A stretch of 64,000 bases of DNA, taken from NCBI GenBank assembly GCA_963663275.1, contig OY760183.1, positions 1,952,001 through 2,016,000 on the forward strand. Direction: 5' to 3'. The translations under genes were made by a program, and so were the position numbers. Positions within the stretch are counted from its first letter, which is position 1; each line of letters starts with the position of its first letter. The notes below the pieces were generated by a model, which saw only the letters and a program-made list of their open reading frames with translations, was not told the DNA's origin and ran no database searches. The stretch is from Chloroflexota bacterium. Lineage in GTDB: Bacteria; Chloroflexota; UBA11872; VXOZ01. Positions 50,768 to 59,380 of the stretch are shown in pieces.

Positions 50768-51793
50768 ATGCGGGTTGGTCTTGTCGGCGCCGGACACATG
50801 ATGCAGGTCACGCACCTGCCGTCGCTATTGCAAATCGCCGGGGTTGAATTGGTTAGCCTTGCCGAGTTGGACTGCGCCCGCGCCGAGAAATTGGCCGCGG
50901 CCTATCGGATACCGCGCATCTACGGCAGCGCCGATGAACTCGCCGCGCACGCGGATGAAATCGACTGCGCCGTGGTGGTGACGTTGAAGGAACACCACGC
51001 CGCCGCCATCATCCCGCTGTTGGAAGCCGGCGTGCCGGTCTTCACCGAAAAGCCGCTGGCGGGCACACGTGAAGACGGCGAGAAGATTCAAGAGGCGAGC
51101 GTTCGCAGCGGCGCGCCAGTGATGGTCGGCTACATGCGCCAGTTCGATCCCGCCGTGCAACGCGCCCGCAGGCTGCTCGCGGAAGGGCGCATTGGCCACG
51201 TGCGCTTTGCCCAGTTCCGGGATTTTGGCGGCAACTGGCACATGGGCGCGGCGGCGCTGCACACGCTGCCCATCGGCCCGGAACGGCAAGCCTCCGCCGC
51301 GCCGCCGCCCGCGCCGGCTCCCCAAGCGGAGTCCCACGAAGGCGCCTTAGTCGAGTTGATTGAGGTCTGGGTGCACGACGTCAATCTCATGCGGCATCTG
51401 CTGGGCGAGCCGAGCGGCGTGCGGTACGCCAGCCTGGGGCCGCCGCGATTAGCCGTGCTCGACTACGGCGCGCATGAAACCGTCTTGGAAGTCGGGAAGT
51501 TGTCGTATGCCAACGCTCCCTGGGACCAGGCGGCCACCATCTACGGCACAGAAGGGCGCATCGAACTCGTGCACCCGCCGCCGCTGCTCTTCCGCCAACC
51601 CTCCGCCGTCATCCTGCACACGCCGGAAGGCTCCACGCGCCTGGACGTGCCGGCGCGCGAGGGCTTTACTGAAGAAATCCGCTACTTTCTCGATTGCGTG
51701 CGGCAGGGCGTAACTCCCACCCCCGACCCGGCGGAAGGCTTGGCCGACATCGCCCTCTGCGAGCGGATCGTCGCCGCGGCTCCGCGGCCTTAA
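50768..51793 (+). CDS. Gfo/Idh/MocA family oxidoreductase
   Basis: GLVGAG, TEKP, GYMRQFDP, VHDVN. Confidence 0.88.
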   Translation: MRVGLVGAGHMMQVTHLPSLLQIAGVELVSLAELDCARAEKLAAAYRIPRIYGSADELAAHADEIDCAVVVTLKEHHAAAIIPLLEAGVPVFTEKPLAGTREDGEKIQEASVRSGAPVMVGYMRQFDPAVQRARRLLAEGRIGHVRFAQFRDFGGNWHMGAAALHTLPIGPERQASAAPPPAPAPQAESHEGALVELIEVWVHDVNLMRHLLGEPSGVRYASLGPPRLAVLDYGAHETVLEVGKLSYANAPWDQAATIYGTEGRIELVHPPPLLFRQPSAVILHTPEGSTRLDVPAREGFTEEIRYFLDCVRQGVTPTPDPAEGLADIALCERIVAAAPRP

Positions 51794-52152
51794 TTCAGTC
51801 TCCCCTGCACAGCGAGTTTCCCGCTCAATCCCCATCGGCAGTTGAGGGAGCGCCGCGCCGGTTGGGGGACTTGCATCCTGTCGCGCATTAAGCTACCATT
51901 GCACATTGTCTACATTCTAACTGTACAATGTTGAGAATGGAGCACGGGGCAGTCGCGTTCTCCGCAATTGGAGCAGCGCCGCGATTACCGGCGCGTTGCA
52001 GGCGTTCAGGGAGCGCGAACCGCGCGCAAGACGCCTCAAGCGCAGGTGATGTGCAGTACCGGCTCAATTTGGGAGACGGCACGCCCCGGAGATAGAACGA
52101 ACGCGCGTCTCAGGATTACTGCTTCGTAATGCAAGCAAGAGAGGAGATTCTC

Positions 52153-53373
52153 ATGTCCGAGCAGTCGAGAACGCTAACGAGACGAAAGTTCATTGGAGCG
52201 GCGGGCAGCATTTCTGTCCTGGCCGCCTTGGCAGCCGCGTGCGGCACGGTCTCCGTGACCAGCCAGGTGGCGGAGGAGGCCGCCAAGGAACTGCCCGTTT
52301 CCACGGCCAATTACGAAGTATGGGCCATGGACCAGGTGAACAACATAACGTACATAATCAACCCGCAACTCGAACTGGTCGAGACGGTTGACTTCTTGCC
52401 CGCGGGCCTCGAGCGCACGCACTGGATCAACTTCACCAGCGACCACAAGTACGCGTGGATCGCAAGTACGACCTCCGCCAACACGGCGGTTGTCCGGGCC
52501 GAGGACCGGAAGGTCATCGCCACGTTCGAGACCGGCCCTTCCAGCCACGCCGCCGACATATCGCCGGACGACAGCCGCATTCTGGTGTCGGCAATCGGCA
52601 CCGGCGAATTGGTGGAAATCCTGGCGGATCACGCCACGGAGACGTTTTCGATCGGCCGGACGCTCAAGATAGCCGAGGATCCGGCGATACAGGCGCGCGC
52701 CGCCGACTTCGGCGCCACCGATGAAAAGCCGCCGACGGCCAAACCGATTTCGGCCACCTTCACGAGGGACGGCCGGTACGCCTACGTCACGCTCGGTCCG
52801 GCGCTCAAGGACGGTGGGCTCGTGGTCGTGGACACGGAGACGTATGCGGTCGTCAAGGCGTATCCGGCGAGCGAAGTGCGGGCAAACCTGATGGGCGTGC
52901 TCTCCCCCGACGGCAGCAAGATGTACATCAACGGCGGCGCCAAGGACTCAATAAGCTTCGTGTATGTGTTCGATACGGCAACGCACGAGCTTATCGGCCA
53001 GGATTCCACACGGGGAGCCGACTCCCACGGTATGGCGCTGACCCCGGACGGTTCGGAGTTGTGGGTCACCAACCGCTGGACCGGCAACCTGGCAATCTTC
53101 GACACCGCCACAGACGAGTTCAAGGAGAGGATAGCGTTCGTGGGTGAGTCGCCGGACCTCCTGGCCATTTCGCCGGACGGCGTCTTCGCGTTCATACAAT
53201 TGCGCGGCTCGGGCGGCACGGGCATCATGGCGGCGGAAGGGGAGTCGCCGGGCATCGTGGTGGTAGCGGTCGAGACCCGGGAAATCGTGAGCATCTTGCT
53301 CGAACCGGAGGCGATGGATGACGGAGAACTGCCGAAACTGGACTACCACGGCATAGCGATTCGGGAGTTGTAA
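52153..53373 (+). CDS. Tat-exported YncE/YVTN beta-propeller lipoprotein
   Basis: LTRRKFI, lipobox AAAC, repeated SPD/TPDG blades with His residues. Confidence 0.8.
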   Translation: MSEQSRTLTRRKFIGAAGSISVLAALAAACGTVSVTSQVAEEAAKELPVSTANYEVWAMDQVNNITYIINPQLELVETVDFLPAGLERTHWINFTSDHKYAWIASTTSANTAVVRAEDRKVIATFETGPSSHAADISPDDSRILVSAIGTGELVEILADHATETFSIGRTLKIAEDPAIQARAADFGATDEKPPTAKPISATFTRDGRYAYVTLGPALKDGGLVVVDTETYAVVKAYPASEVRANLMGVLSPDGSKMYINGGAKDSISFVYVFDTATHELIGQDSTRGADSHGMALTPDGSELWVTNRWTGNLAIFDTATDEFKERIAFVGESPDLLAISPDGVFAFIQLRGSGGTGIMAAEGESPGIVVVAVETREIVSILLEPEAMDDGELPKLDYHGIAIREL

Positions 53374-53402
53374 ACCGCTTAGCATCTGTTCAAGCGGATA
53401 AG

Positions 53403-53444
53403 TTGACAGCGCGGCGGCCTGAGACTAACCTCAGGCCGCCGCGC
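53403..53444 (+). promoter_or_regulatory. 15-bp-stem hairpin overlapping a TTGACA-17-TAACCT promoter
   Basis: GCGCGGCGGCCTGAG-ACTAAC-CTCAGGCCGCCGCGC. Confidence 0.55.
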
Positions 53445-53570
53445 GCCGCATTCCGGACCGTGGCTGCCGTGCCTGTCACCGGCTCTGAATATCGGCCTGC
53501 CGGGGCACATGTGCCCTGGCGGGAATTGCGGTAAGCTAGGGAAAACGCTTGCATGGCAGGAGGGTATGGC

Positions 53571-54482
53571 GTGCGCACACGGAAACTTGGCAAGAACGGC
53601 CCGGCGGTCTCGGTGCTGGGCTTTGGGGCGTGGCCGATTGCGGGCAAACTGGGGCCGGTAGCGGAGCGTGACGCGGTGACGGCAATCCAGCGGGCCGTGG
53701 ACGGCGGCGTGACGCTGATCGATACGGCGGAAGCGTACGGCTTTGGCCTCTCCGAGGATCTTGTCGCCAAGGCCGTCGGCCACCGCCGCGGCGAGGTCTT
53801 TATCGCCACCAAGGTCTTACCGGAAAACTGGCGCCGCACCGACCTGCTCGAGGCCGCCGAGCGCAGCCTGCGCCATCTCCAGACCGACTACATCGACCTC
53901 TACCAGATCCACTGGCCCAGCGACGAGATGGACTTCGGCGAAAGCATGACGGCCATCGACGACTTGATACAGCAGGGCAAGGTGCGCTACGCCGGGGTCT
54001 CCAACTTCTCCGCGGAGCAGATGCGCGCGTGCCTGGAGGTGCGGCACGTGGACTCGGACCAACCCCGCTATAACCTGCTCGACCGGGAGATCGAGGAAGA
54101 GGTGCTGCCGTTTTGCCAGGAGCAGGGCATCGGCGTGCTGGCCTATGCGCCGCTGGGACAGGGACTGCTCACCGGCAGCTATGAGGAAGACCACGTGTTT
54201 AGCGCGGACGACATACGCAGTGGGAACGAGCGGTTTTCCGGCGAGCAGTTCAGGCGCACGATCCGCATGGCGAAGAAACTGGCGGCCTACGCCGCCGACC
54301 ACGGCCATACGCTCATCGAACTCGACATCGCGTGGGTGCTGGCGCACCCGGCAATGACCACGGCGCTGGTTGGCGCCAAGAGTCCCGCGCAGGTGGAAGG
54401 CTGGCTGGGCGCGGGCGACTGGGAACTGACGCCGCAGCAGATGCGGGAGATCGACCAGATTGCCGCCGGGGCCAGGCTGTAA
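53571..54482 (+). CDS. Aldo/keto reductase
   Basis: IDTAEAYG, IATK, IDLYQIHWP, GVSNF, YAPLGQG. Confidence 0.93.
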   Translation: MRTRKLGKNGPAVSVLGFGAWPIAGKLGPVAERDAVTAIQRAVDGGVTLIDTAEAYGFGLSEDLVAKAVGHRRGEVFIATKVLPENWRRTDLLEAAERSLRHLQTDYIDLYQIHWPSDEMDFGESMTAIDDLIQQGKVRYAGVSNFSAEQMRACLEVRHVDSDQPRYNLLDREIEEEVLPFCQEQGIGVLAYAPLGQGLLTGSYEEDHVFSADDIRSGNERFSGEQFRRTIRMAKKLAAYAADHGHTLIELDIAWVLAHPAMTTALVGAKSPAQVEGWLGAGDWELTPQQMREIDQIAAGARL

Positions 54483-54509
54483 GCGGGCGCCGTATTGCCC
54501 GGCGTCGCG

Positions 54510-55574
54510 CTAGGAGAGCGGCCAGGCGTCCGGGTCCAGGCCTAAGTCGCGGGCTGAATTGCAGATCTTGCCCCACGTAGTCTCGTCGATGGGGATGCCG
54601 GTCTGTTCGCGTTCGCGCTGGGCGTAGTATTCGGGCTCGCTCGCAACCAGCACCTCGTCCACGCCCGGCGCCGGGCGGCTTGTCTTGACGTGGCCGATAA
54701 GCGTATCGATCTCATCGTAGAAGAACTCGGGATCCACGAACTGCCCGATGTCGTAGGCGGTCATGTGAACGCCGTTGCTGTCCACGCGCATGTCGCCTTG
54801 GGACATGCCTTGACCGCTCAGTCCGCCGCCGCAGATTTCATTCATCATGCTGAGCGCGGTGCCCTTGTGCCCCAGGGGGCCGCCCAGCGGCAGCACGGCC
54901 CCGCGCGGTTCCCTCCAGTAGTCGCTGGGCTTCGTGCTGGGGTTGCCTTGAGAATCGACGATCCAGCCCTCGGGCAGCGGCTTGCCTTGATTCTCCGCCA
55001 CGCGAATCTTGCCGTCGGCCACGGTAGAGGTTGTCAAGTCTACAAAGAACGGTGGGGCGTCGCGGCGGGGGGCGGCGAAGGCCAGCGGATTGGTGCCCAG
55101 CCGGCCGTCAATCCCGCCGAACGGCGCCACCTGAAAGCCCAGCCGTCCCGCGTTGACGAAGATCAGGCCGATCATGCCGGCCTGCGCCACCATGTGGGGA
55201 TATTCGCCCACTCTGCCGATGTGGCTGGTGTTGCGGAGCGATACGCTGGCTATGCCGTGCTGTTGCGCTTTCTCTATCAGGATGTTCGTGGCAAAGACCG
55301 CGCCTACCTGACCGAAGCCGTTGTGCGCGTCCACGACCGCGGTGCACGGGTGTTCGCGCACGATTTCCGGCTGCGCTTGCGGGTCCACCACGCGCTCCTC
55401 GCGCACGGCGCGCCAATACTGCTCCATGCGCACCACGCCGTGGGAGTCGTGGCCGTAGAGGTTGGACTGCACCAGGTGATCGGTGACGACTTGAGCGTCA
55501 GTGGGACTACAGCCCAGAGCGGCGAAGAAATCGTAGCCAATGCGGCGCATGGCGGCGGCGGTAACGGTAGGCAC
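54510..55574 (-). CDS. Ldh2-family (malate/L-lactate/ureidoglycolate) dehydrogenase, copy 2
   Basis: GHDSHG, SHIGR, GTNPLA, GHKG. Confidence 0.9.
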   Translation of the reverse strand: MPTVTAAAMRRIGYDFFAALGCSPTDAQVVTDHLVQSNLYGHDSHGVVRMEQYWRAVREERVVDPQAQPEIVREHPCTAVVDAHNGFGQVGAVFATNILIEKAQQHGIASVSLRNTSHIGRVGEYPHMVAQAGMIGLIFVNAGRLGFQVAPFGGIDGRLGTNPLAFAAPRRDAPPFFVDLTTSTVADGKIRVAENQGKPLPEGWIVDSQGNPSTKPSDYWREPRGAVLPLGGPLGHKGTALSMMNEICGGGLSGQGMSQGDMRVDSNGVHMTAYDIGQFVDPEFFYDEIDTLIGHVKTSRPAPGVDEVLVASEPEYYAQREREQTGIPIDETTWGKICNSARDLGLDPDAWPLS

Positions 55575-55605
55575 GAACGGTTCCTTTCGACTAAGTTGAA
55601 GACTT

Positions 55606-55871
55606 CCCCTCACCCCGGCCCTCTCCCTCAGGGAGAGGGTGTCAATCTGCGGCCAGGCCTGCTGTGGCAAGGCTCCTCAAACCATTACTGTCGCCTTAAC
55701 GTAGCGCGGGGGCTTGTCCCCCGCCGGAGCGTGCAGCACAAGTCGCGATCACCGGCGGTTTCGCATACGGCAAACCGATTCTACACATTGGCCCCACTTG
55801 CGCGCAGGTTGCAAACCTGTGCTACCGGGGATGCGTGACGCGGCATTTTCGCAATGAAACTCAATGCGACT
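55606..55871. repeat. CCCCTCACCCCGGCCCTCTCCC..GGGAGAGGG repeat plus a second TGTCGC-TIR/REP element
   Basis: A hairpin at 55606-55639, then 55689-55871 TGTCGCCTTAA...TCAATGCGACT enclosing the same two REPs as 43647-43796. Confidence 0.7.
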
Positions 55872-55962
55872 GCGTTAGGCGTCACCCCGGCCTTCACGCC
55901 TGCTAGGGGGTGTATATTCGCTTGTCGGGCGCGGCGGCGCGTTTCCGGTGCGCGGTGTCCCG

Positions 55963-57027
55963 CTATGCGAGTTTCCAGGTGGTTGGATTGAGACCCAGTT
56001 GACGGGCATACGCGCAGAGTTTCTCCCAGGTGGTATCGTCGATAGGAATGCCCGTTTGCGTTCGTTCGCGTTCGGCGCGGTATTCCGGTTCGCCGGGAAC
56101 CACAATCTCGTCTACGCCGGGCAGCGTGCGGCTGGTCTTCATGTGGCTGAGCAAGGCTTCCATCTCGTCGTAGAGAGTCTCAATGTCCGTGAACTGGGCG
56201 ATGTCGTACGCCGTCATGTGGACGCCGTTGCTACTCACGCGCATGTCGCCCTGTGCCATGCCCTGGCCGCTGAGTCCGCCCCCGCAGATTTCCATCATCA
56301 AGCTCAGCGCAAAGCCCTTGTGCCCCAGCGGGCCGCCCAGCGGCAGCACGGCGCCGCGCGGTTCGCCAAAGTAGTCATGCGGGTTCGTGCTGGGCTTGCC
56401 TGCCGGATCGATGAACCAGCCCTCAGGCACGGGCTTGCCCTGGTTGGCGGCGAGGTAGATTTTGCCGTCGGCGACGGTGGAAGAGGTCATGTCCACCAGA
56501 AACGGCGCGGCGTCGCGGCGGGGCGCGGCAAAGGCCAGCGGATTGGTGCCGAGCCGGCCGTCCATGCCGCCAAAGGGCGCAACTTGAAAGCCCATGCGGC
56601 CGGCGTTGACGAAGATCAGGCCAATCATGCCCGCCCGCGCCGCCATGAGCGGGTACGCGGCGACCCGGCCCACGTGGCTCGTGTTGCGCAATGAAACGCT
56701 GGCCACGCCGTATTGCCGGGCTTTTTGAATCAGGAGTTTTGCGGCGAATGTCGCCGCTACCTGGCCGAACCCATGGCCTCCGTCCACCACGGCGGTGCAG
56801 GGATGTTCGCGCACGACTTCCGGTACCGCCCGCGGATCCACCCGGCGCTCTTCCCGCGCGGCGCGCCCGTAGCGTTCCATGTGGATGACGCCGTGGGAGT
56901 CATGGCCGTAGAGATTGGACTGCACCAGGTGGTCGGTGACAATCTTGGCGTCTTCGCGGCGGCAGCCCACCGCGGCAAAGAACTCGTAGCCAATGCGCCG
57001 CAGGGCGTCGGCGGTCACGGTAGGCAC
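55963..57027 (-). CDS. Ldh2-family dehydrogenase, copy 1
   Basis: Same motifs as 54510-55574 and collinear with it. Confidence 0.9.
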   Translation of the reverse strand: MPTVTADALRRIGYEFFAAVGCRREDAKIVTDHLVQSNLYGHDSHGVIHMERYGRAAREERRVDPRAVPEVVREHPCTAVVDGGHGFGQVAATFAAKLLIQKARQYGVASVSLRNTSHVGRVAAYPLMAARAGMIGLIFVNAGRMGFQVAPFGGMDGRLGTNPLAFAAPRRDAAPFLVDMTSSTVADGKIYLAANQGKPVPEGWFIDPAGKPSTNPHDYFGEPRGAVLPLGGPLGHKGFALSLMMEICGGGLSGQGMAQGDMRVSSNGVHMTAYDIAQFTDIETLYDEMEALLSHMKTSRTLPGVDEIVVPGEPEYRAERERTQTGIPIDDTTWEKLCAYARQLGLNPTTWKLA

Positions 57028-57117
57028 GATTGGCTCCTTTCGGCGGCGCGGTGCCGGCGGGCGCGCGGCTGCGAGAGTCTAACGGCTGTCATGGTGTTTT
57101 CGCCCGCGCCGGGATCG

Positions 57118-57411
57118 CTAGCCGCCCGGGTAGTCTGCGACCTTCTCCACGAGGGCGTCCACCGCGGCCTCTTCCATGAGCAACTGCGGCCCGTGGGGAA
57201 AGTCCGGGTGCTTGGCCGCGCGCCCTCTCCGTTCCAAGGCGCACTCCCAGCCGTCGTCATTGTGTTCGGCGCGGGTTATCTGAAGCACGTAGCCGTTGGC
57301 AAAGGGCACGGTGTAGCGTTCGTTGATGCGGAGGCACCAGTCGTTGGGCAACTCCTTGCGAAACGCCCGCCACCGGAGATCCGGTTGCCAAACTCTCTGT
57401 CGCACTGCCAT
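57118..57411 (-). CDS. Small hypothetical protein
   Basis: SD GGAG before MAVRQRVWQ and GC3-rich codons. No family recognised. Confidence 0.55.
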   Translation of the reverse strand: MAVRQRVWQPDLRWRAFRKELPNDWCLRINERYTVPFANGYVLQITRAEHNDDGWECALERRGRAAKHPDFPHGPQLLMEEAAVDALVEKVADYPGG

Positions 57412-57435
57412 TCGTTTTGCTCCCTGTCTCTGTTT

Positions 57436-57470
57436 CCCCTCACCCCGGCCCTCTCCCCAGGGAGAGGGGG
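57436..57470. repeat. CCCCTCACCCCGGCCCTCTCCCCAGGGAGAGGG palindromic repeat
   Basis: Near-identical to the copies at 9653 and 55606. Confidence 0.8.
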
Positions 57471-57584
57471 TCTCCGCGCCTGGCGGCGCGGGCGTTGGAT
57501 AGAGGCCTGTGGCGCATGTGGGGATGGGAAAGCCCGATGTGCTCACGAGACTATGATACTTTGCTGGGGAGCGGGCGTATAGTC

Positions 57585-57812
57585 GCAGGTTGGAAACGTG
57601 CGCTACGGGAGAGGAAGTGGAGACGCAGGTTACAAACCTGCGCTACTGGAGGGGAAGCGGAGACGCAGGTCGGAATTCTGCGCTACCGGGACGGGAGCGG
57701 AGACGCAGGTTGGAAACGTGCGCTGCCGGAGGGGAAATGGAGACGCAGGTTACAAACCTGCGCTACCGGAGGGGACGAAGAGACGCAGGTTGGAAGCGTG
57801 CGCTATCGGGGA
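57585..57812. repeat. Six tandem 40-bp REP units
   Basis: GCAGGT recurs at 57585, 57625, 57665, 57705, 57745 and 57785. The core is GCAGGTTACAAACCTGCGCTAC. Confidence 0.85.
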
Positions 57813-57910
57813 GGGGATATGGAGGTGCGGATTGGGGGCGTGGGTGGGGGCTGAGCGCGTGTGGTTTTGCTCCCACGCGCCGCGCGGGATAGAATAGAGC
57901 AAAGTAGTAG

Positions 57911-58090
57911 TGCGCGACCAAGAAGCAGCGGGCGACCAAGAAGCAGCGCGTGACTAAGGAGCAGTGCGCGACCAAGGAGCAGTGCGCGACCAAGTAGCCG
58001 TGCGCGGCCAAGAAGCAGCGCGCGACCAAGTAGCGGTGTGTGACCAAGTAGCCGTGTGCGACCGAGTAGCGGTGCGCGACCGGCGCACGA
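57911..58090. repeat. Ten degenerate 18-bp tandem repeats upstream of tatB
   Basis: Consensus TGCGCGACCAAG(A/G/T)AGCAG. Confidence 0.85.
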
Positions 58091-58123
58091 TTTGTGTGCG
58101 ACTTCCGTAGGGAAAGAGCGGAT

Positions 58124-59380
58124 ATGTTCGACATCGGCCTGCCGGAACTTATGATCATCTTGGTGCTGGGCCTGGTCCTGCTGGGGCCGGAGCGGCTGCC
58201 GGGCGTGATTCGCCAGTTTACGAGAGTTATCCGCCAACTCCGCTCGGGCTACCGCGACGCGATCGCTACGTTCAAGGATCAACTCGGCGACGTGCAGGAA
58301 GACATCGACGCCATACGGGGTGAAATATCATCGATCCAAGGCGAAGTCCGTTCTACCGCGGAAGACGTGCAGAAGGACGTGGAGAAAGTGGAGGGCGAGG
58401 TCAAGACTGCGGGCGAGGACATTCAGCGCGGTCTGGACGAGACGGCAAAGGAGGCCGCCGGCACGCGCCCGGACCAGATGGGCGCGGAAGCCAATGCGCC
58501 GCCGGTTGCCGCCGCCGCGTCCGCCGCGCGGCCCAATCTGAAAGACCGGGGCGCCGCCTGGACTCCCCAGGCGGCCCAGTCCGGCGGCGGCTCGCCGCTG
58601 CAACAAGACCTCTTTGCCGGGCTGATGCGCAGTCTCCAAGCGCGGCTCGGTGACGATTGGCTCAGCGAACAGGCGGAAATCTATCGCGATCTCGGCGCGC
58701 GCGCCGCCGAAAGGAACGCCGGAGACGAAGAGGGCGTAGCGGCGCTGGTGCGCTCGTGGGCGGACATGCACCGGAACTCGCTGCCCGACGGCAGCCTGCA
58801 AATCATTGAGACGGGCCGGGATTACCGCGTGCGCATGCGCCAGTGCCCGTTTAGCTTTGCCGAGACCGACGACGTGGCGCTCTGCCGGTCGTGCGGCGCG
58901 TACGACCTGGCATTCCTGGAAGAGCGCGCCGCCGAGGTGACGTGGGAATCGCACCTGACGGCCGGCGATCCGTGGTGCGAATTGGTCTTTGCCAAACCAC
59001 CCCCGCCGCCCAAGCCGGAACCGGCGGCAGCAGATGAAGCGGAAGCCAAGGGCGCGGTAGGCAACGGGGATGCGGGGCCTGCCGGCGATGACGCGGCGCA
59101 GTCTCCGGAGCCAGAGAAAGTAGTGGCGAGCGCGGTGGAATCCGCCGCCGACGGCTCGGAGTTTCGCGCCGTCGCGCAGGCGTTCGGCGGCGCTAAGGAC
59201 GAATCGCCCGCGCCGGACGGCCCGGCTGCGGAGGGAGAGCAGTCCGCCGCAGCCCCGGCGGAGGCGCAACCGGCGGACGCCCACGAAGAATCCGCGCCGG
59301 CGGCCGTTGCGGAGCAGCCGGCCACGGCCGGCGAGACGGACGGCCAAGCAGACTCCGCCAGGAAAGAGCCTGCCCCATGA
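58124..59380 (+). CDS. tatB: TatB/TatA-family translocase subunit fused to a Cys-rich V4R/MetOD1-like domain and an acidic tail
   Basis: MFDIGLPELMIILVLGLVLLGPERLP, then later CPF..LCRSC..HLTAGDPWCELVF. Confidence 0.8.
   Translation: MFDIGLPELMIILVLGLVLLGPERLPGVIRQFTRVIRQLRSGYRDAIATFKDQLGDVQEDIDAIRGEISSIQGEVRSTAEDVQKDVEKVEGEVKTAGEDIQRGLDETAKEAAGTRPDQMGAEANAPPVAAAASAARPNLKDRGAAWTPQAAQSGGGSPLQQDLFAGLMRSLQARLGDDWLSEQAEIYRDLGARAAERNAGDEEGVAALVRSWADMHRNSLPDGSLQIIETGRDYRVRMRQCPFSFAETDDVALCRSCGAYDLAFLEERAAEVTWESHLTAGDPWCELVFAKPPPPPKPEPAAADEAEAKGAVGNGDAGPAGDDAAQSPEPEKVVASAVESAADGSEFRAVAQAFGGAKDESPAPDGPAAEGEQSAAAPAEAQPADAHEESAPAAVAEQPATAGETDGQADSARKEPAP

Noticed and set aside
51990-52115. Glycine riboswitch (TCTCAGG present)
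   Set aside because: The GGAGA..CCGAAG core elements are not convincingly present.
57585-57812. CRISPR array (regular repeat-spacer pattern)
   Set aside because: The spacers are only about 15 bp and resemble each other, the repeats are degenerate REP copies, and no cas genes are present.
57763-58282. Minus-strand repeat ORFs (LVAHCS / LLGRAL)
   Set aside because: They are translations of the 18-bp DNA repeat that overlap tatB antisense, with no independent coding evidence.
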